From positions 1 to 50,755 of the IMG/VR virus record IMGVR_UViG_3300032030_000012: a DNA stretch of 50,755 bases; one strand, 5' to 3'. The notes under the pieces are model-generated. The model was not told the origin of the DNA. It saw only the letters and a list, made by a program, of their open reading frames with translations, and made no database searches. Position 1 is the first letter of the stretch. The number at the start of each line of letters is the position of its first letter. Position numbers and translations under genes: made by a program. Shown here piece by piece: positions 1 through 10,463 of this stretch. Source of the DNA: a virus (lineage: Duplodnaviria > Heunggongvirae > Uroviricota > Caudoviricetes).

Positions 1-430
1 TATTATTAGGTCTCATATAAATAAGAAAATCTTTACCTTGTAAATCTATACTATCTAAATATTCTTTATGAAAAATTCTATTATCTGTCATAGTATAATC
101 TTTTATTAAAGAAGATACAGAACTATTTGTTTGAATTATTTCAATATTATCAAAAGAAAAGGTAGTATCTATCTTAGGAATTCTACCTGTTAATTTTCTA
201 TCATTTACATAGGCTGTGTGAGGAGCAATAATATCATATTCAGTAGCGTCAGCATCAGATGTATCGATACCTATTTGTAGGTCATTAATTATCTGAGCAT
301 AAGATCTAAAAGGAATATGAGCTGGTATATCTTGACCTTTTTCTCTTAAAGCAGTTCTTATTTGCTGTTTAGTATTATCAAGATAATCTAATTTATTCAT
401 TATTGTGGTATTAGTATCATTTTCAGCCAT
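1..430 (-). CDS. Tail fibre/adhesin-type protein, 5' part only (runs off the window edge)
   Basis: Read manually: ATG at 430 after an AAGGAG RBS gives MAENDTNTTIMNKLDYLDNTKQQIRTALREKGQD...FRSYAQIINDLQIGIDTSDADA, a paralogue of the 6452..8050 N-terminus; open to the edge. Confidence 0.8.
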   Translation of the reverse strand, partial: MAENDTNTTIMNKLDYLDNTKQQIRTALREKGQDIPAHIPFRSYAQIINDLQIGIDTSDADATEYDIIAPHTAYVNDRKLTGRIPKIDTTFSFDNIEIIQTNSSVSSLIKDYTMTDNRIFHKEYLDSIDLQGKDFLIYMRPNN

Positions 431-458
431 ATTATTTCATTCTCCTTTACATTATTTA

Positions 459-475
459 ATCTATTAATATTTTAC
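459..475 (-). promoter_or_regulatory. Conserved motif GTAAAATATTAATAGAT, putative late promoter (copy 1)
   Basis: One of 11 intergenic copies; 28 nt upstream of ATG 430. Confidence 0.75.
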
Positions 476-483
476 GCAAAAAT

Positions 484-515
484 AAAGACTTAGAAATAAT
501 GAATTCTAAGTCTTT
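484..515 (-). terminator. Intrinsic terminator
   Basis: Inverted repeat aaagacttagaa/ttctaagtcttt with T-rich tail after the 527 stop. Confidence 0.8.
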
Positions 516-526
516 TATATTTATAA

Positions 527-2008
527 TTATTTTATTTTTATCCAATCTGTTCCATTACCATAATATGTTTCTATATCTTTAATAAGTTTATTTTGAGTAG
601 CATCGTATAAGATTACATCATTAAATCTATTATAGATTACACCATTTAATACTTTTTCATTTCTATATATTTCTGTTTTATATGCTCCCTCTATTAAACC
701 ATCTCTTGTATTTATTATTAATGTATTTGTTTCAAAATCATATGATTTATCATTTAAAGTTAAAGCTGACATAGAACTTGCATTTGTTCCATACATACTT
801 AATAACATATCATAATTATCATTTTTTATATAAAGTAATGGATAAGCATATCCAAAGCATCTTATAGTAGAAAATGGAGTACCTGATGAAGATATAGTTC
901 TTATAGTACTATCACCTATATTAGCTATGTATGAATCAACTGAAGATCCTTTTTCAGAATATAAAAATACTGATATATTATTTAAATATCTATTAATTGT
1001 ATTATATGAAGTACTTGTATTACTAAAAGACCAACCATATGAATTATTAATAATATCATAATAACCTTTACTCTTTGGGTAATAACCCTGCTGAGTACTA
1101 AAATGAAGTTTATCACTATTATAATATAAACCATATTTACGACCTACTTCAGTAAATCCTGTAGATGAATAATTAATAATAGTCCAAACATTATTATTAT
1201 TACAAAATTTTGAAGCACATAAATAAGTAACAGTACCATTTACAAAATCATATTTCCAACAACTTCTACATCTAGCAAAATATATTACACCTCTATCATT
1301 ATCATAACAAGCATCTATAAAAGCATTAGTTGTACCATCATATCTATCTGTAGAATATCCTACTAAATCATCTAGTAAACCTGTAATTTGCTCCCATGTA
1401 TCTGTAGATATAGTATATTTATATAAATAGTTATCATATCCTGTATGAGCAGAACCTATTATATAAATAGTATCATCATCTACCCAAACACATCCACCTC
1501 CACCTTGTGGTGTAGGACAAGCAGATAACTGTGTCCAAGTATCTGTATCAAAATCATAAGTATAATGCTGATGTATTCTTATAGTTGTATTGTCACTTTC
1601 TGTATAACTCCAGTAACCGAAAAAATGAGCAACATTTTCTCTTTGACAATAATCACAATTTAATAAATCTACTGGTACAGTTCTTCCTAAAATAATATTA
1701 CTTGTATCTCCAGGATCTAGTGTAGTATCATTTGAGAATAAAATTTTATAATCAGTATTATAATTATCATTTTCTAAATATATTTTGTCCCAAGTTTTAT
1801 CAGTTTTTAACCAAATGCCTTGATTTGCTTCTGGTGTATTATCTTGTGCATATATAGCTAAACCTATATCTCCACCATCTATTTGTACTGGTCTTAATGT
1901 TCCTTGTACCCCTAATACTTTTTCACCATATCTTATGTTTTGGGGTTTTAATTTATTAGTTTTTTCATTTTGAATATCATTTAAAACTTTTGTTAAATTT
2001 ACACTCAT
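527..2008 (-). CDS. Putative receptor-binding/tail protein with Kelch-like beta-propeller
   Basis: N-terminal EKTNKLKPQNIRYGEKVLGVQGT adapter shared with other fibres; Kelch-like YDFDTDTWTQL and YTISTDTWEQI repeats. Confidence 0.6.
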   Translation of the reverse strand: MSVNLTKVLNDIQNEKTNKLKPQNIRYGEKVLGVQGTLRPVQIDGGDIGLAIYAQDNTPEANQGIWLKTDKTWDKIYLENDNYNTDYKILFSNDTTLDPGDTSNIILGRTVPVDLLNCDYCQRENVAHFFGYWSYTESDNTTIRIHQHYTYDFDTDTWTQLSACPTPQGGGGCVWVDDDTIYIIGSAHTGYDNYLYKYTISTDTWEQITGLLDDLVGYSTDRYDGTTNAFIDACYDNDRGVIYFARCRSCWKYDFVNGTVTYLCASKFCNNNNVWTIINYSSTGFTEVGRKYGLYYNSDKLHFSTQQGYYPKSKGYYDIINNSYGWSFSNTSTSYNTINRYLNNISVFLYSEKGSSVDSYIANIGDSTIRTISSSGTPFSTIRCFGYAYPLLYIKNDNYDMLLSMYGTNASSMSALTLNDKSYDFETNTLIINTRDGLIEGAYKTEIYRNEKVLNGVIYNRFNDVILYDATQNKLIKDIETYYGNGTDWIKIK

Positions 2009-2012
2009 TATT

Positions 2013-2261
2013 TTATATACCTCCTCTATAAATATTTAAAGCTTTTTGTAGACATATTTCTTCATCATCTTTAGTAAATGTTGCGGTAGCACTATCATCT
2101 GGAATATTATTAGGATTATATATATTATTAGCTATGCTAAATAAATCACTGTAAGGAGCATCTGGAGTTCCTCCTGAAGGTAAGTTTTCTACTAAATCTA
2201 TACAATTATTTATTTTTAAATTATTATCATCTAACCATTCTTTATAAGAATTATAACTCAT
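2013..2261 (-). CDS. Hypothetical small protein (fibre cluster)
   Basis: 82 aa, AAAGGAG RBS, directly after motif copy 2. Confidence 0.7.
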   Translation of the reverse strand: MSYNSYKEWLDDNNLKINNCIDLVENLPSGGTPDAPYSDLFSIANNIYNPNNIPDDSATATFTKDDEEICLQKALNIYRGGI

Positions 2262-2282
2262 ATGATTTTTCTCCTTTCATTA

Positions 2283-2299
2283 ATCTAATAATATTTTAC
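2283..2299 (-). promoter_or_regulatory. Putative late promoter motif (copy 2, GTAAAATATTATTAGAT)
   Basis: 21 nt upstream of ATG 2261. Confidence 0.75.
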
Positions 2300-2306
2300 A
2301 GAAATA

Positions 2307-2338
2307 AAGAGATCTGAAATTATATTTAGATCTCTCTT
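2307..2338 (-). terminator. Intrinsic terminator
   Basis: agagatct/agatctct stem after the 2355 stop. Confidence 0.7.
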
Positions 2339-2354
2339 ATATTTTTATTTATTT

Positions 2355-4991
2355 TTAATATGCCCATCCAGCTGCAGTAAGTTCATCCAATCTATTACTG
2401 TAATATGAACTATTAAATTTAGTGTTATATAGTGGGCTATATGAATTATTTGGATTTAAATTTCTTTGATTACTTAATACATTACTATTTAATGCCATAT
2501 TAATTATATTTTGTATACTCGTATTGCTTAAACTATTACAGTCTTCAAACATACCATCCATATTTATAACATTTATAGTATTATAATTAGGAACATTTAC
2601 TAAATTATTACAGTCACAAAACATACGAATCATTGATACTACACTACTTGTATCAAAATTCGGAGCATTTTTTAAATTATAACAATATATAAACATAAGT
2701 CTCATATCAGTAACATTTGATGTATCATAATTTGGAACATTTACTAAATTTGTACAATTTTGAAACATCCAAGCCATATCAATAACATTAACCACATTTA
2801 AACTCGGAGCATTTACTAGATTATAGCAATTATAAAACATACTATACATATTAGTTACATTACTTGTATCTAAGTTTGGTATAGTTGTTAAATTATTACA
2901 ACCATAAAAAGCTGCAGCTATATTAGTAACATTTGATGTATTAAAATTTGGTACATTAGTTAAATTATTACAACCTTTAAATATGCCAGCCATATTAGTA
3001 ACATTACTTGTATCAAAATTTGGAACATTTGATAAACTCCAACAATTTTCAAAAGTATTATTCATACAAATAACATTAATTGTATTCCAATTAGATATAT
3101 TTTTTAAATTTTTACAATTTTCAAATGTGCATTTCATATCAGTAACATTCGATGTTTCTAAATTTGGAGCATTTACTAAGCTAGCACAATTATAAAAAGT
3201 ATATTGCAAATTAAGTAGTTTAGGAGTATTGAAATTTGGTACAGAAGTTAAATTTGTACAACCAGCAAATACATGATACATATCTACTACATTACTTATA
3301 TCAAAATTTGGTATAGTTGTTAAATTATGACAATCTGAAAACATTGAGTACATATTAATTACATTAGATAAGTTCATATTTGGTACACTAGTTAAGTTAT
3401 GACATCCATAAAACATCCAACTCATATCAGCTACATTACTTGTATCAAAATTTGATATATTTATAAGATTATAACAATACATAAATGCTGATTCTGTTGA
3501 AATAACATTACAAGTATTTATTTGAATATTAGCATATTTTAAAGTTGTCCCTCCACTAAACGTGCTAACAAGGAAGATTTGACCATTATCTACTCCATCA
3601 CTTTTAATTGTTAAATTAGTGTTTGTAGATGAATTTTCAGATGTTTTATAATCATGTAAAATATTTTCTAAAGTAATACCGTATCTATCAAAATCGTCAC
3701 CTTTATCATAAGTTTTCCAAGATGAACCATTACCTATATTATATTTATTAGACCAACCAATAGTATTCTGGTCACAGTCTAAATATCCTTTATTAAATAA
3801 TATATCCTTAGATTTTTCACTAAATCTGTTTGAATATATACCTGTATTATAAATAAGAACATTTTGAATCTGACTTGCATTAGGTACAAAGTTAGTTATA
3901 TTATTAAGAGCGAATTCTGATAAATTATTACAATACTTAAACATATTACTAATATTAGTTGCATTAGACAAATTTAATATCGGTACATTTACTAAATTAT
4001 TACAATATGAAAACATCCAACTCATATCAGCTACATTACTTGTATCAAAATTTGGAGCATCTACTAAATTATAGCAAATAGAAAACATATAGCTAGTATC
4101 AATAGTATCTACAGTATTAATATATGGTACGTTTACAATATTTCTTAAATTAGAAAATAATCTCGAGCAATTTTGTGGATTTTCCAAACTCAAATTACTT
4201 AAATTACCATATAAATTAACTCTTGTTTTTAATTGAGCTAAGTTTAAATTAGTATTAACAATATTACCTTCTTGCTTCCCATATTGCCCATAAAATATTC
4301 CATTATATACTGATTCTAAATTAGCATTTAATTGCGCATTGACTAATATAAAATTAGTTCCATCATGTCTAAATATACCATCAAGAGCTATATTTCTAAC
4401 TTTTATAAACTCACCATAAGCATCTCTCCATGCGTTAAAACTACTACCAGATGAATAGAATTTAAGTGTTACACCAAAATCAACAATAGTATCACTAGAA
4501 ACACGTTTATTATTAATTGTATCTAAAGTGTATGTAAGACCATCATTAGAGGTATAGTAAATGTCAAATGTACTAAGTGACCCCCCACCTCTGAGATAGA
4601 ATTCACGCCTGTTCCAAGTACCACGTAAGCGATTATTACCATCAGCAGGGTCTATACGAAATTCTACTGTACGAGATGTTGAAGTAGAAGAACTTAATAC
4701 TACTGTTTTAGGAAATAAAGCTTCTTGAAACGTAGTATTTTCTGTTAAATTATCTATAATATTATAATATACTACCCCTATATCTCCATTACTTCTATTT
4801 GAAATATCAACATACATATTTTCTAAAGAATCATACGAGTATACTCCTTTAGATCCTCCAGATACTATATTTGATATAGCATTTGGATAACTTGCAAAGT
4901 CAGTTACATTTTGACCTTTATTTTCTATTGCAGATTTTATATCTGCTTTTATATTACTTATATTTGTTAATAAATTATTTATTTCTGACAA
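2355..4991 (-). CDS. BspA/DUF285-like leucine-rich-repeat adhesin (tail fibre/RBP)
   Basis: About 18 repeats of ~24 aa (FDTSNVTNM.xMFxxCxNLxxVPN); N-terminal LLTNISNIK..IK.AI.NKGQNVT.FAS adapter; TTG start with AGGAGG RBS. Confidence 0.8.
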   Translation of the reverse strand: MSEINNLLTNISNIKADIKSAIENKGQNVTDFASYPNAISNIVSGGSKGVYSYDSLENMYVDISNRSNGDIGVVYYNIIDNLTENTTFQEALFPKTVVLSSSTSTSRTVEFRIDPADGNNRLRGTWNRREFYLRGGGSLSTFDIYYTSNDGLTYTLDTINNKRVSSDTIVDFGVTLKFYSSGSSFNAWRDAYGEFIKVRNIALDGIFRHDGTNFILVNAQLNANLESVYNGIFYGQYGKQEGNIVNTNLNLAQLKTRVNLYGNLSNLSLENPQNCSRLFSNLRNIVNVPYINTVDTIDTSYMFSICYNLVDAPNFDTSNVADMSWMFSYCNNLVNVPILNLSNATNISNMFKYCNNLSEFALNNITNFVPNASQIQNVLIYNTGIYSNRFSEKSKDILFNKGYLDCDQNTIGWSNKYNIGNGSSWKTYDKGDDFDRYGITLENILHDYKTSENSSTNTNLTIKSDGVDNGQIFLVSTFSGGTTLKYANIQINTCNVISTESAFMYCYNLINISNFDTSNVADMSWMFYGCHNLTSVPNMNLSNVINMYSMFSDCHNLTTIPNFDISNVVDMYHVFAGCTNLTSVPNFNTPKLLNLQYTFYNCASLVNAPNLETSNVTDMKCTFENCKNLKNISNWNTINVICMNNTFENCWSLSNVPNFDTSNVTNMAGIFKGCNNLTNVPNFNTSNVTNIAAAFYGCNNLTTIPNLDTSNVTNMYSMFYNCYNLVNAPSLNVVNVIDMAWMFQNCTNLVNVPNYDTSNVTDMRLMFIYCYNLKNAPNFDTSSVVSMIRMFCDCNNLVNVPNYNTINVINMDGMFEDCNSLSNTSIQNIINMALNSNVLSNQRNLNPNNSYSPLYNTKFNSSYYSNRLDELTAAGWAY
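3411..4054. repeat. Exact 44-bp direct repeat (3411-3454 and 4011-4054) inside the LRR gene
   Basis: aaacatccaactcatatcagctacattacttgtatcaaaatttg at both sites, 600 bp apart. Confidence 0.85.
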
Positions 4992-5010
4992 TTTTTATTT
5001 CCTCCTTTCT

Positions 5011-6357
5011 TTATCCTAATTCAGTTTCATCAGGATCATCATTTGAAGGTATAGCATCTATATATCCTTTATTATTTAATATTCTTAATTGATCATTTGT
5101 AAATTTATTGACATTTAAATTTGCATAAGATAAATATTTATTAGATAAATTAGTTGTAAATGGTAATGCATTAGCAATAGTTGCATAACTATTACTAGAT
5201 AAATTATTACAATTATAAAACATTTTATATATACTTTTAGTTTTATTTGTAATAGTTAAATTATCTATAGTAGTTAGATTTATACACCCTAAAAATAATG
5301 CTGAAGTATTTGTACTATCAATATATAAATTATGTATTTCTCTAAGATTTGTACAAGATACGAATAGTTGCCATATACTAGAGATATTAGTAAAAGTACA
5401 ATTAGAAACTATTACAGGTCCTTCAAATCTATCTTGATAAGTATCACTTTTCCAAAAAACTTGCCTCATATCACTATTATCAACTTGAATATTATATATA
5501 TTGGAAATATTAGTTTGTCTAGCAAATTGATATAATATTGAATTTGTAAATACACAATCATGTAATTCTCTTACATCTACATTTATAAATGTTTTTTCTA
5601 AAGAAATGTTATTAAATGTCATATTTACCATATTTATAGGAGGTAGATTAGTACATTCAGCATATAAATATCTGTAAATAACATCATTTTTAAAAGTATC
5701 AGGTTTTATAGGATATGTTTTTAAATTATAACACCTTCCAAACATTTCTCTAAAATTAGTACAATTTGGAAAATTAATATCTCCTACAAATTCTAAATTA
5801 TAACAATTTGCAAAAGTACTAAAACATTCAGTAATATTATTACTGCTCATAGAAGGAATACTTACTAAATTAACATCATTTATAAATATATTATTCAAAT
5901 TAGTTATACTATCATCTAAAGTCAATTCACTTAAATCTGAATATACTTGAGCTTTTATTTTAACTTGTTCTGTATTTAGATTACTGTTTACTTGTAATAC
6001 ACCAGTCTCTACCCCATTTGCTCCCCAAAATATAGCAGAATCTACATATTCTTTATTAGCAGTTAATCCTACAGGAGCAAGTTCCCAAACATTATTAGTA
6101 TATTGCCATAAAGCTTGTAAATTACTTGTATTTATATCATAAACTAAAGCTAAATCTCCTTCATTAGCTATATTAGATTGCATTTCAGAAATATTAGAAA
6201 ATAATAGTATATCTCCAGCACTTCCTGATTGTATATTTAAAATAGCCTTAGAAAAAGAAGCAAAATTAGTTACATTTTGACCTTTATTTATAATTGCTTG
6301 TTTCATATCATTTTTAATATTAGATATATTTGTCAATAAATCATTTAATTGAGCCAT
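5011..6357 (-). CDS. BspA/DUF285-like LRR adhesin, paralogue of 2355..4991
   Basis: Near-identical N-terminal adapter; F..CxNL repeats; shared C-terminal cap. Confidence 0.75.
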   Translation of the reverse strand: MAQLNDLLTNISNIKNDMKQAIINKGQNVTNFASFSKAILNIQSGSAGDILLFSNISEMQSNIANEGDLALVYDINTSNLQALWQYTNNVWELAPVGLTANKEYVDSAIFWGANGVETGVLQVNSNLNTEQVKIKAQVYSDLSELTLDDSITNLNNIFINDVNLVSIPSMSSNNITECFSTFANCYNLEFVGDINFPNCTNFREMFGRCYNLKTYPIKPDTFKNDVIYRYLYAECTNLPPINMVNMTFNNISLEKTFINVDVRELHDCVFTNSILYQFARQTNISNIYNIQVDNSDMRQVFWKSDTYQDRFEGPVIVSNCTFTNISSIWQLFVSCTNLREIHNLYIDSTNTSALFLGCINLTTIDNLTITNKTKSIYKMFYNCNNLSSNSYATIANALPFTTNLSNKYLSYANLNVNKFTNDQLRILNNKGYIDAIPSNDDPDETELG

Positions 6358-6386
6358 TAAAGTTTCTCTCCTTTCTTTGATTTATA

Positions 6387-6403
6387 TACTATTAATATTT
6401 TAC
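6387..6403 (-). promoter_or_regulatory. Putative late promoter motif (copy 3)
   Basis: GTAAAATATTAATAGTA, 29 nt upstream of ATG 6357. Confidence 0.75.
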
Positions 6404-6411
6404 GAAAATAA

Positions 6412-6437
6412 AAGAGATCTAATTAATTAGATCTCTT
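6412..6437 (-). terminator. Intrinsic terminator
   Basis: aagagatctaatt/aattagatctctt palindrome with T-tail on the minus strand. Confidence 0.8.
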
Positions 6438-6451
6438 AATATTATTTAATT

Positions 6452-8050
6452 TTAATCTAATATTTCTTCTGCTTGATCTAAAGCATTATCATAATCATCT
6501 TGAGAAATATCAGCAGATAATTTAATCCAATCTGTTCCATTATATCTATAAAATCCTTCAAAATTATAAGTATTAGATGTTTCTGTATATACTACTGCTT
6601 TATCTCCTTCTTGAGCTTCAGCTTCTTCCATATGAGCTACTGTATCATATATTTTAAATTGAAAATCACATTTATTTTGCAATAAAGCTTCTAATTCTTC
6701 TATTTTAGCTTGTTGAGCAGTTAATTCTTCTGTTAAATCTTCTCCACCTTCATGAGTACCTTCTATACCTAAAACAGTTGATCCTTTTGCAATTTGACTT
6801 GCTTGTAATCCTATAGCATTAGCTATACCTGAATAACTTTGTATTATAGAAACCCAAATATTATTGTCCATATCATCTCTTAATAATAAACCATTAGTAT
6901 TTAAACCACATTTTACTCTTATTTTATTTGCTCCGGCTACTTTTTCTGCAGGATAACTAGCATCACCAAAATTATATTGTTGTAAAGGTTTTAAAGTACC
7001 TGTTATTTTTTCTCCATCTGCATAAGCAGTATAACCTTCTTCAATTCTTTCTGCTGAAGCAGTAGCATCTGATGTGTCTGTTCCTGCATATGTTCCAGTT
7101 ATTCCAAGTATTTTTTCTCCCTCAGCTATTTTGTTTGCAGTTAAACCAACAGTTGTAGCAAGTTTAGTATTATTAAATAAAGTAATAACATCAGCGTGAC
7201 GTTTTATTACTGCAGGAGAAACATAATGACCAGTATTAACTTTTTGATAATACATATAATCTATAGAAGCTCCTTTATTCCTTAAAAATGTAGCTTGACT
7301 TAATTTAGTACCTCCATATAAATTAGTAGTTGAATACACTCCCTCTAATGCAACATCATATCTATTCATATAATTACTTGAATTAGGACCTTCTACATTA
7401 AAGCTACTATCTAATGCTATATAATCTGGATTACTATCTTGTTTAGTCATTTTATAATAAGTAGCTGTCACAGCTGCTGTTTTATCGGCATTAGCACAAT
7501 ACATATGAAAATTAACAGAATCAATCCAAAATACATCAGTTAAATCAGATGCAATACCTAATAAATAAGTATGAGTATAAAAACTTTCAGTAGTAGTAGC
7601 TTTACTTACAACATGCCATATAGCTATATTTTTACCTGTAACATCTACAGGTAAACTATTGATAGGTATTACAGCTCCATTATTTAAAACAATTTGAGTA
7701 CAATTACTATCTAAAGTATTGTTGCAATATATTTGTTCTTCTGGATTAGATGTAGTAGTATTATTACAAGCTGTTACATATGATTCAGTATTTTCATTAT
7801 ATTCTTTAATAGTACCTGTCATTTTTCCAGTAGCACCATAAGCTGTTTTGCCTTTTACTATATCATCTGCTACGGCTGTAGCATCTGACGTATCTGTTCC
7901 AGTTTCAATATTAGCTATTTTTTGAGCATAAGATCTAAAAGTATCATTATCATCAACTTCTTGTCCTTTAGATATAATAGCATTTTTAATACTTGTTTTA
8001 GTGCCTTCTAGATAGTCTAATTTTTCCATTATTGTTGATTCTTCATTCAT
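6452..8050 (-). CDS. Tail fibre-like protein
   Basis: Two DTSDATA...TAY..G.K.TGT fibre modules, two I..G..ILGI.GT modules, C-terminal coiled coil. Confidence 0.7.
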   Translation of the reverse strand: MNEESTIMEKLDYLEGTKTSIKNAIISKGQEVDDNDTFRSYAQKIANIETGTDTSDATAVADDIVKGKTAYGATGKMTGTIKEYNENTESYVTACNNTTTSNPEEQIYCNNTLDSNCTQIVLNNGAVIPINSLPVDVTGKNIAIWHVVSKATTTESFYTHTYLLGIASDLTDVFWIDSVNFHMYCANADKTAAVTATYYKMTKQDSNPDYIALDSSFNVEGPNSSNYMNRYDVALEGVYSTTNLYGGTKLSQATFLRNKGASIDYMYYQKVNTGHYVSPAVIKRHADVITLFNNTKLATTVGLTANKIAEGEKILGITGTYAGTDTSDATASAERIEEGYTAYADGEKITGTLKPLQQYNFGDASYPAEKVAGANKIRVKCGLNTNGLLLRDDMDNNIWVSIIQSYSGIANAIGLQASQIAKGSTVLGIEGTHEGGEDLTEELTAQQAKIEELEALLQNKCDFQFKIYDTVAHMEEAEAQEGDKAVVYTETSNTYNFEGFYRYNGTDWIKLSADISQDDYDNALDQAEEILD

Positions 8051-8052
8051 AC

Positions 8053-8481
8053 TTAGATCACCTCCCCATTAAGAGTATCTAAAGCTGTACTTAATGTACC
8101 TATTTTTTCATTTACTTCCTCTACTTTGGTATTTACCTCATCAATAGCTCCTTGAACAGTATCAGCTTCCATTCCTGATTCTGTATTATCATAAACAGTT
8201 TCTTCAGCTGTCATTTTGACTTCTTCTAGTTGTTGGGATGTTGTATTATAATGATATAATCTATTTGTCTCATTAACATAATATAATTTATTTGTTAAAT
8301 AATTTGATAATCCATTAGCTTCTGATAAAGTATTTATGAATATAATATCTGTGACTTTTGTTCTATTATTTCCAACATCCATATATACTTCTTGAGTATC
8401 TTTAACAAAAGTCATTTGACCATCAACTTGTGGTACATTTGTTAAACTATTTGAATTACATCTACTAAATTTAACTTTCAT
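8053..8481 (-). CDS. Small tail fibre-associated protein
   Basis: 142 aa; YDNTESGMEADTVQGAIDE fibre motif also present in 11817..15686. Confidence 0.6.
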   Translation of the reverse strand: MKVKFSRCNSNSLTNVPQVDGQMTFVKDTQEVYMDVGNNRTKVTDIIFINTLSEANGLSNYLTNKLYYVNETNRLYHYNTTSQQLEEVKMTAEETVYDNTESGMEADTVQGAIDEVNTKVEEVNEKIGTLSTALDTLNGEVI

Positions 8482-9137
8482 TTCTTTCTTTCTCCTTTCT
8501 TATTTTTATATTTTTCATACCAAATATTTCTATCTTTTTGTAATAATTCTTTTAATTTTAATCTATTTTCACGCTTAAAAGCTTGTATCATATCAATACC
8601 TAACTCATCTAAATAATCTTTAAAATAGATTGTATTTCTCTCATATATAAAACTTGTTTTTTGAAAAATAGATTTCCCATCAATATGTTGTACTAAACTA
8701 GGTCTATATATTAAATGAGGAATACCTAATCTATTTAGAGATATACTTAATAAATTACCATATGATTGTTTGATACCTTGTTTATACATAGGTAACATTT
8801 GTTCTGCTAATAATTTTCCTAATCCTTTAGGAAAATATGTACATTGATTATACGAAAAATTTTCACTATAATGTGTTGTATAATAAAATTCAGGTACTGT
8901 GAAAAAATTTATAATTGTGTTAGGATATTCAGAAATAACTTTCTCAATTTCCTCTTTAAAGTTTTTACACAAAACTAAATCATCTTCTAATAATACAGCA
9001 TCATATTCACTTATAGTATTCAAAGCATCAATAAAACTTTTTACTCCATCATACTCTTTATCAATAAGTGCTTTATAATCTATATCATAATTAAAATCTC
9101 TATCTCCTGTAGTTCTAACAAAATATTTTATTTGCAT
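8478..9137 (-). CDS. Glycosyltransferase-like protein (GT-A fold, GT25/GT2-like)
   Basis: AVLLEDDLVLC (DxD-type EDD motif) and PSLVQHID; paralogue of 11115..11759. Confidence 0.6.
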   Translation of the reverse strand: MQIKYFVRTTGDRDFNYDIDYKALIDKEYDGVKSFIDALNTISEYDAVLLEDDLVLCKNFKEEIEKVISEYPNTIINFFTVPEFYYTTHYSENFSYNQCTYFPKGLGKLLAEQMLPMYKQGIKQSYGNLLSISLNRLGIPHLIYRPSLVQHIDGKSIFQKTSFIYERNTIYFKDYLDELGIDMIQAFKRENRLKLKELLQKDRNIWYEKYKNKKGERKK

Positions 9138-9168
9138 AAATTTTCTACCTCTTTATCTTTTTACATAT

Positions 9169-10440
9169 CTAAATCTCTTCAGTTGTTATAAATTCTGATT
9201 GAATTCTTATATATTTATCTCCAACAAAATCAGGTGAGCTATCTTCTATATATAGATATCTGTCATCAAAATAACCACTACATTCAGCATACCAAGGTAT
9301 ATCTTCAAATGACGCATCATCTATTGCTTCTATATATTCAATAAATCTTGAAAGTTTCATATTACGAGATTCTTCAGGATCCCACTTCCATTCACTTGTA
9401 GGTACAATAGTTTGTAATTCATGGTAGCTACCATGAATATCGAGAAAAGATAAAATAGATCCAGTTGTCGATACTTCAAGAGCTAACCACGCACCTCTAT
9501 TTTCAGGATTAAAGCTATTATAAGTTGAAGCCAATATAAGAGTAGGTGCGCCAGTGCTATTATTTATAAACACCTTTTTATCTCCATTATATCGTAAATA
9601 ATCATTTAAAGCATCAATAATAACTTGTTTATTTATAGTTATCAATGATCCAGCTATAACACGAATATTAGGAATTATATGATCATTAAATCTAATATAT
9701 TGTAATGGAGTACTAATGTATTTATAAGTTTCATCAGAAAATATTATTTTTAAATTTTGATTATCAGGATTAATTGTGAATGTAGTATATTGATCATATA
9801 ATAAATCACTTAATGGAATATCTATTACTCCATATGCTCTAAATATTTGTACTAATTGATGTACTGTTATATTAGAACCAGGACAAGACATATCTTGAAT
9901 TACATAACTTCCGATTGTTGTTAAATGGCCATAAGACTCAGCTAAAGTTGCTATAGTTACTCTAAATTGATCTGTATTATATTCAAAATAAACCGTAGTA
10001 TTATTTCCTTGAGCTAATATTATAGTTGGAGAATTTGCACTTTGTATATGATGAATATATTTATTTGAAAAAGAAGCATAATCAGGTAAGTAATTTATAA
10101 TATTACTTAGAGCATTAAAGTCAATTTCAAGATACATATTATTATATATGTCTTGGTGATATCCATCATAATCAACAAATCTCCAGCCAGAATCACCTTT
10201 ATATTCTAAATATTTTAGATTTTTTTGATCATTCAATTTATTAAGTAAGCATATATCACCATCTGAAGCAGTACTAGGTAATTCTGTTATATCATATATA
10301 ATGTTAAGATTACCATTACCTTCATATGTTCCTGTAACATCAAATATAGTAGTATTTTTCTTTATATTTTCAGGAATAATCTTAGAAGTTTTTTCAGCTA
10401 GTATAGAATCAGCTTTTTGTTTTATTGTTTGTTTAGACAT
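9169..10440 (-). CDS. Putative adhesin/fibre with shared N-terminal adapter
   Basis: MSKQTIKQKADSILAEKTSKIIPENIKKNTTIFDVTGTYEG followed by a unique body. Confidence 0.65.
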   Translation of the reverse strand: MSKQTIKQKADSILAEKTSKIIPENIKKNTTIFDVTGTYEGNGNLNIIYDITELPSTASDGDICLLNKLNDQKNLKYLEYKGDSGWRFVDYDGYHQDIYNNMYLEIDFNALSNIINYLPDYASFSNKYIHHIQSANSPTIILAQGNNTTVYFEYNTDQFRVTIATLAESYGHLTTIGSYVIQDMSCPGSNITVHQLVQIFRAYGVIDIPLSDLLYDQYTTFTINPDNQNLKIIFSDETYKYISTPLQYIRFNDHIIPNIRVIAGSLITINKQVIIDALNDYLRYNGDKKVFINNSTGAPTLILASTYNSFNPENRGAWLALEVSTTGSILSFLDIHGSYHELQTIVPTSEWKWDPEESRNMKLSRFIEYIEAIDDASFEDIPWYAECSGYFDDRYLYIEDSSPDFVGDKYIRIQSEFITTEEI

Positions 10441-10463
10441 ATTTTAAACTCCTTTCTTAATAA

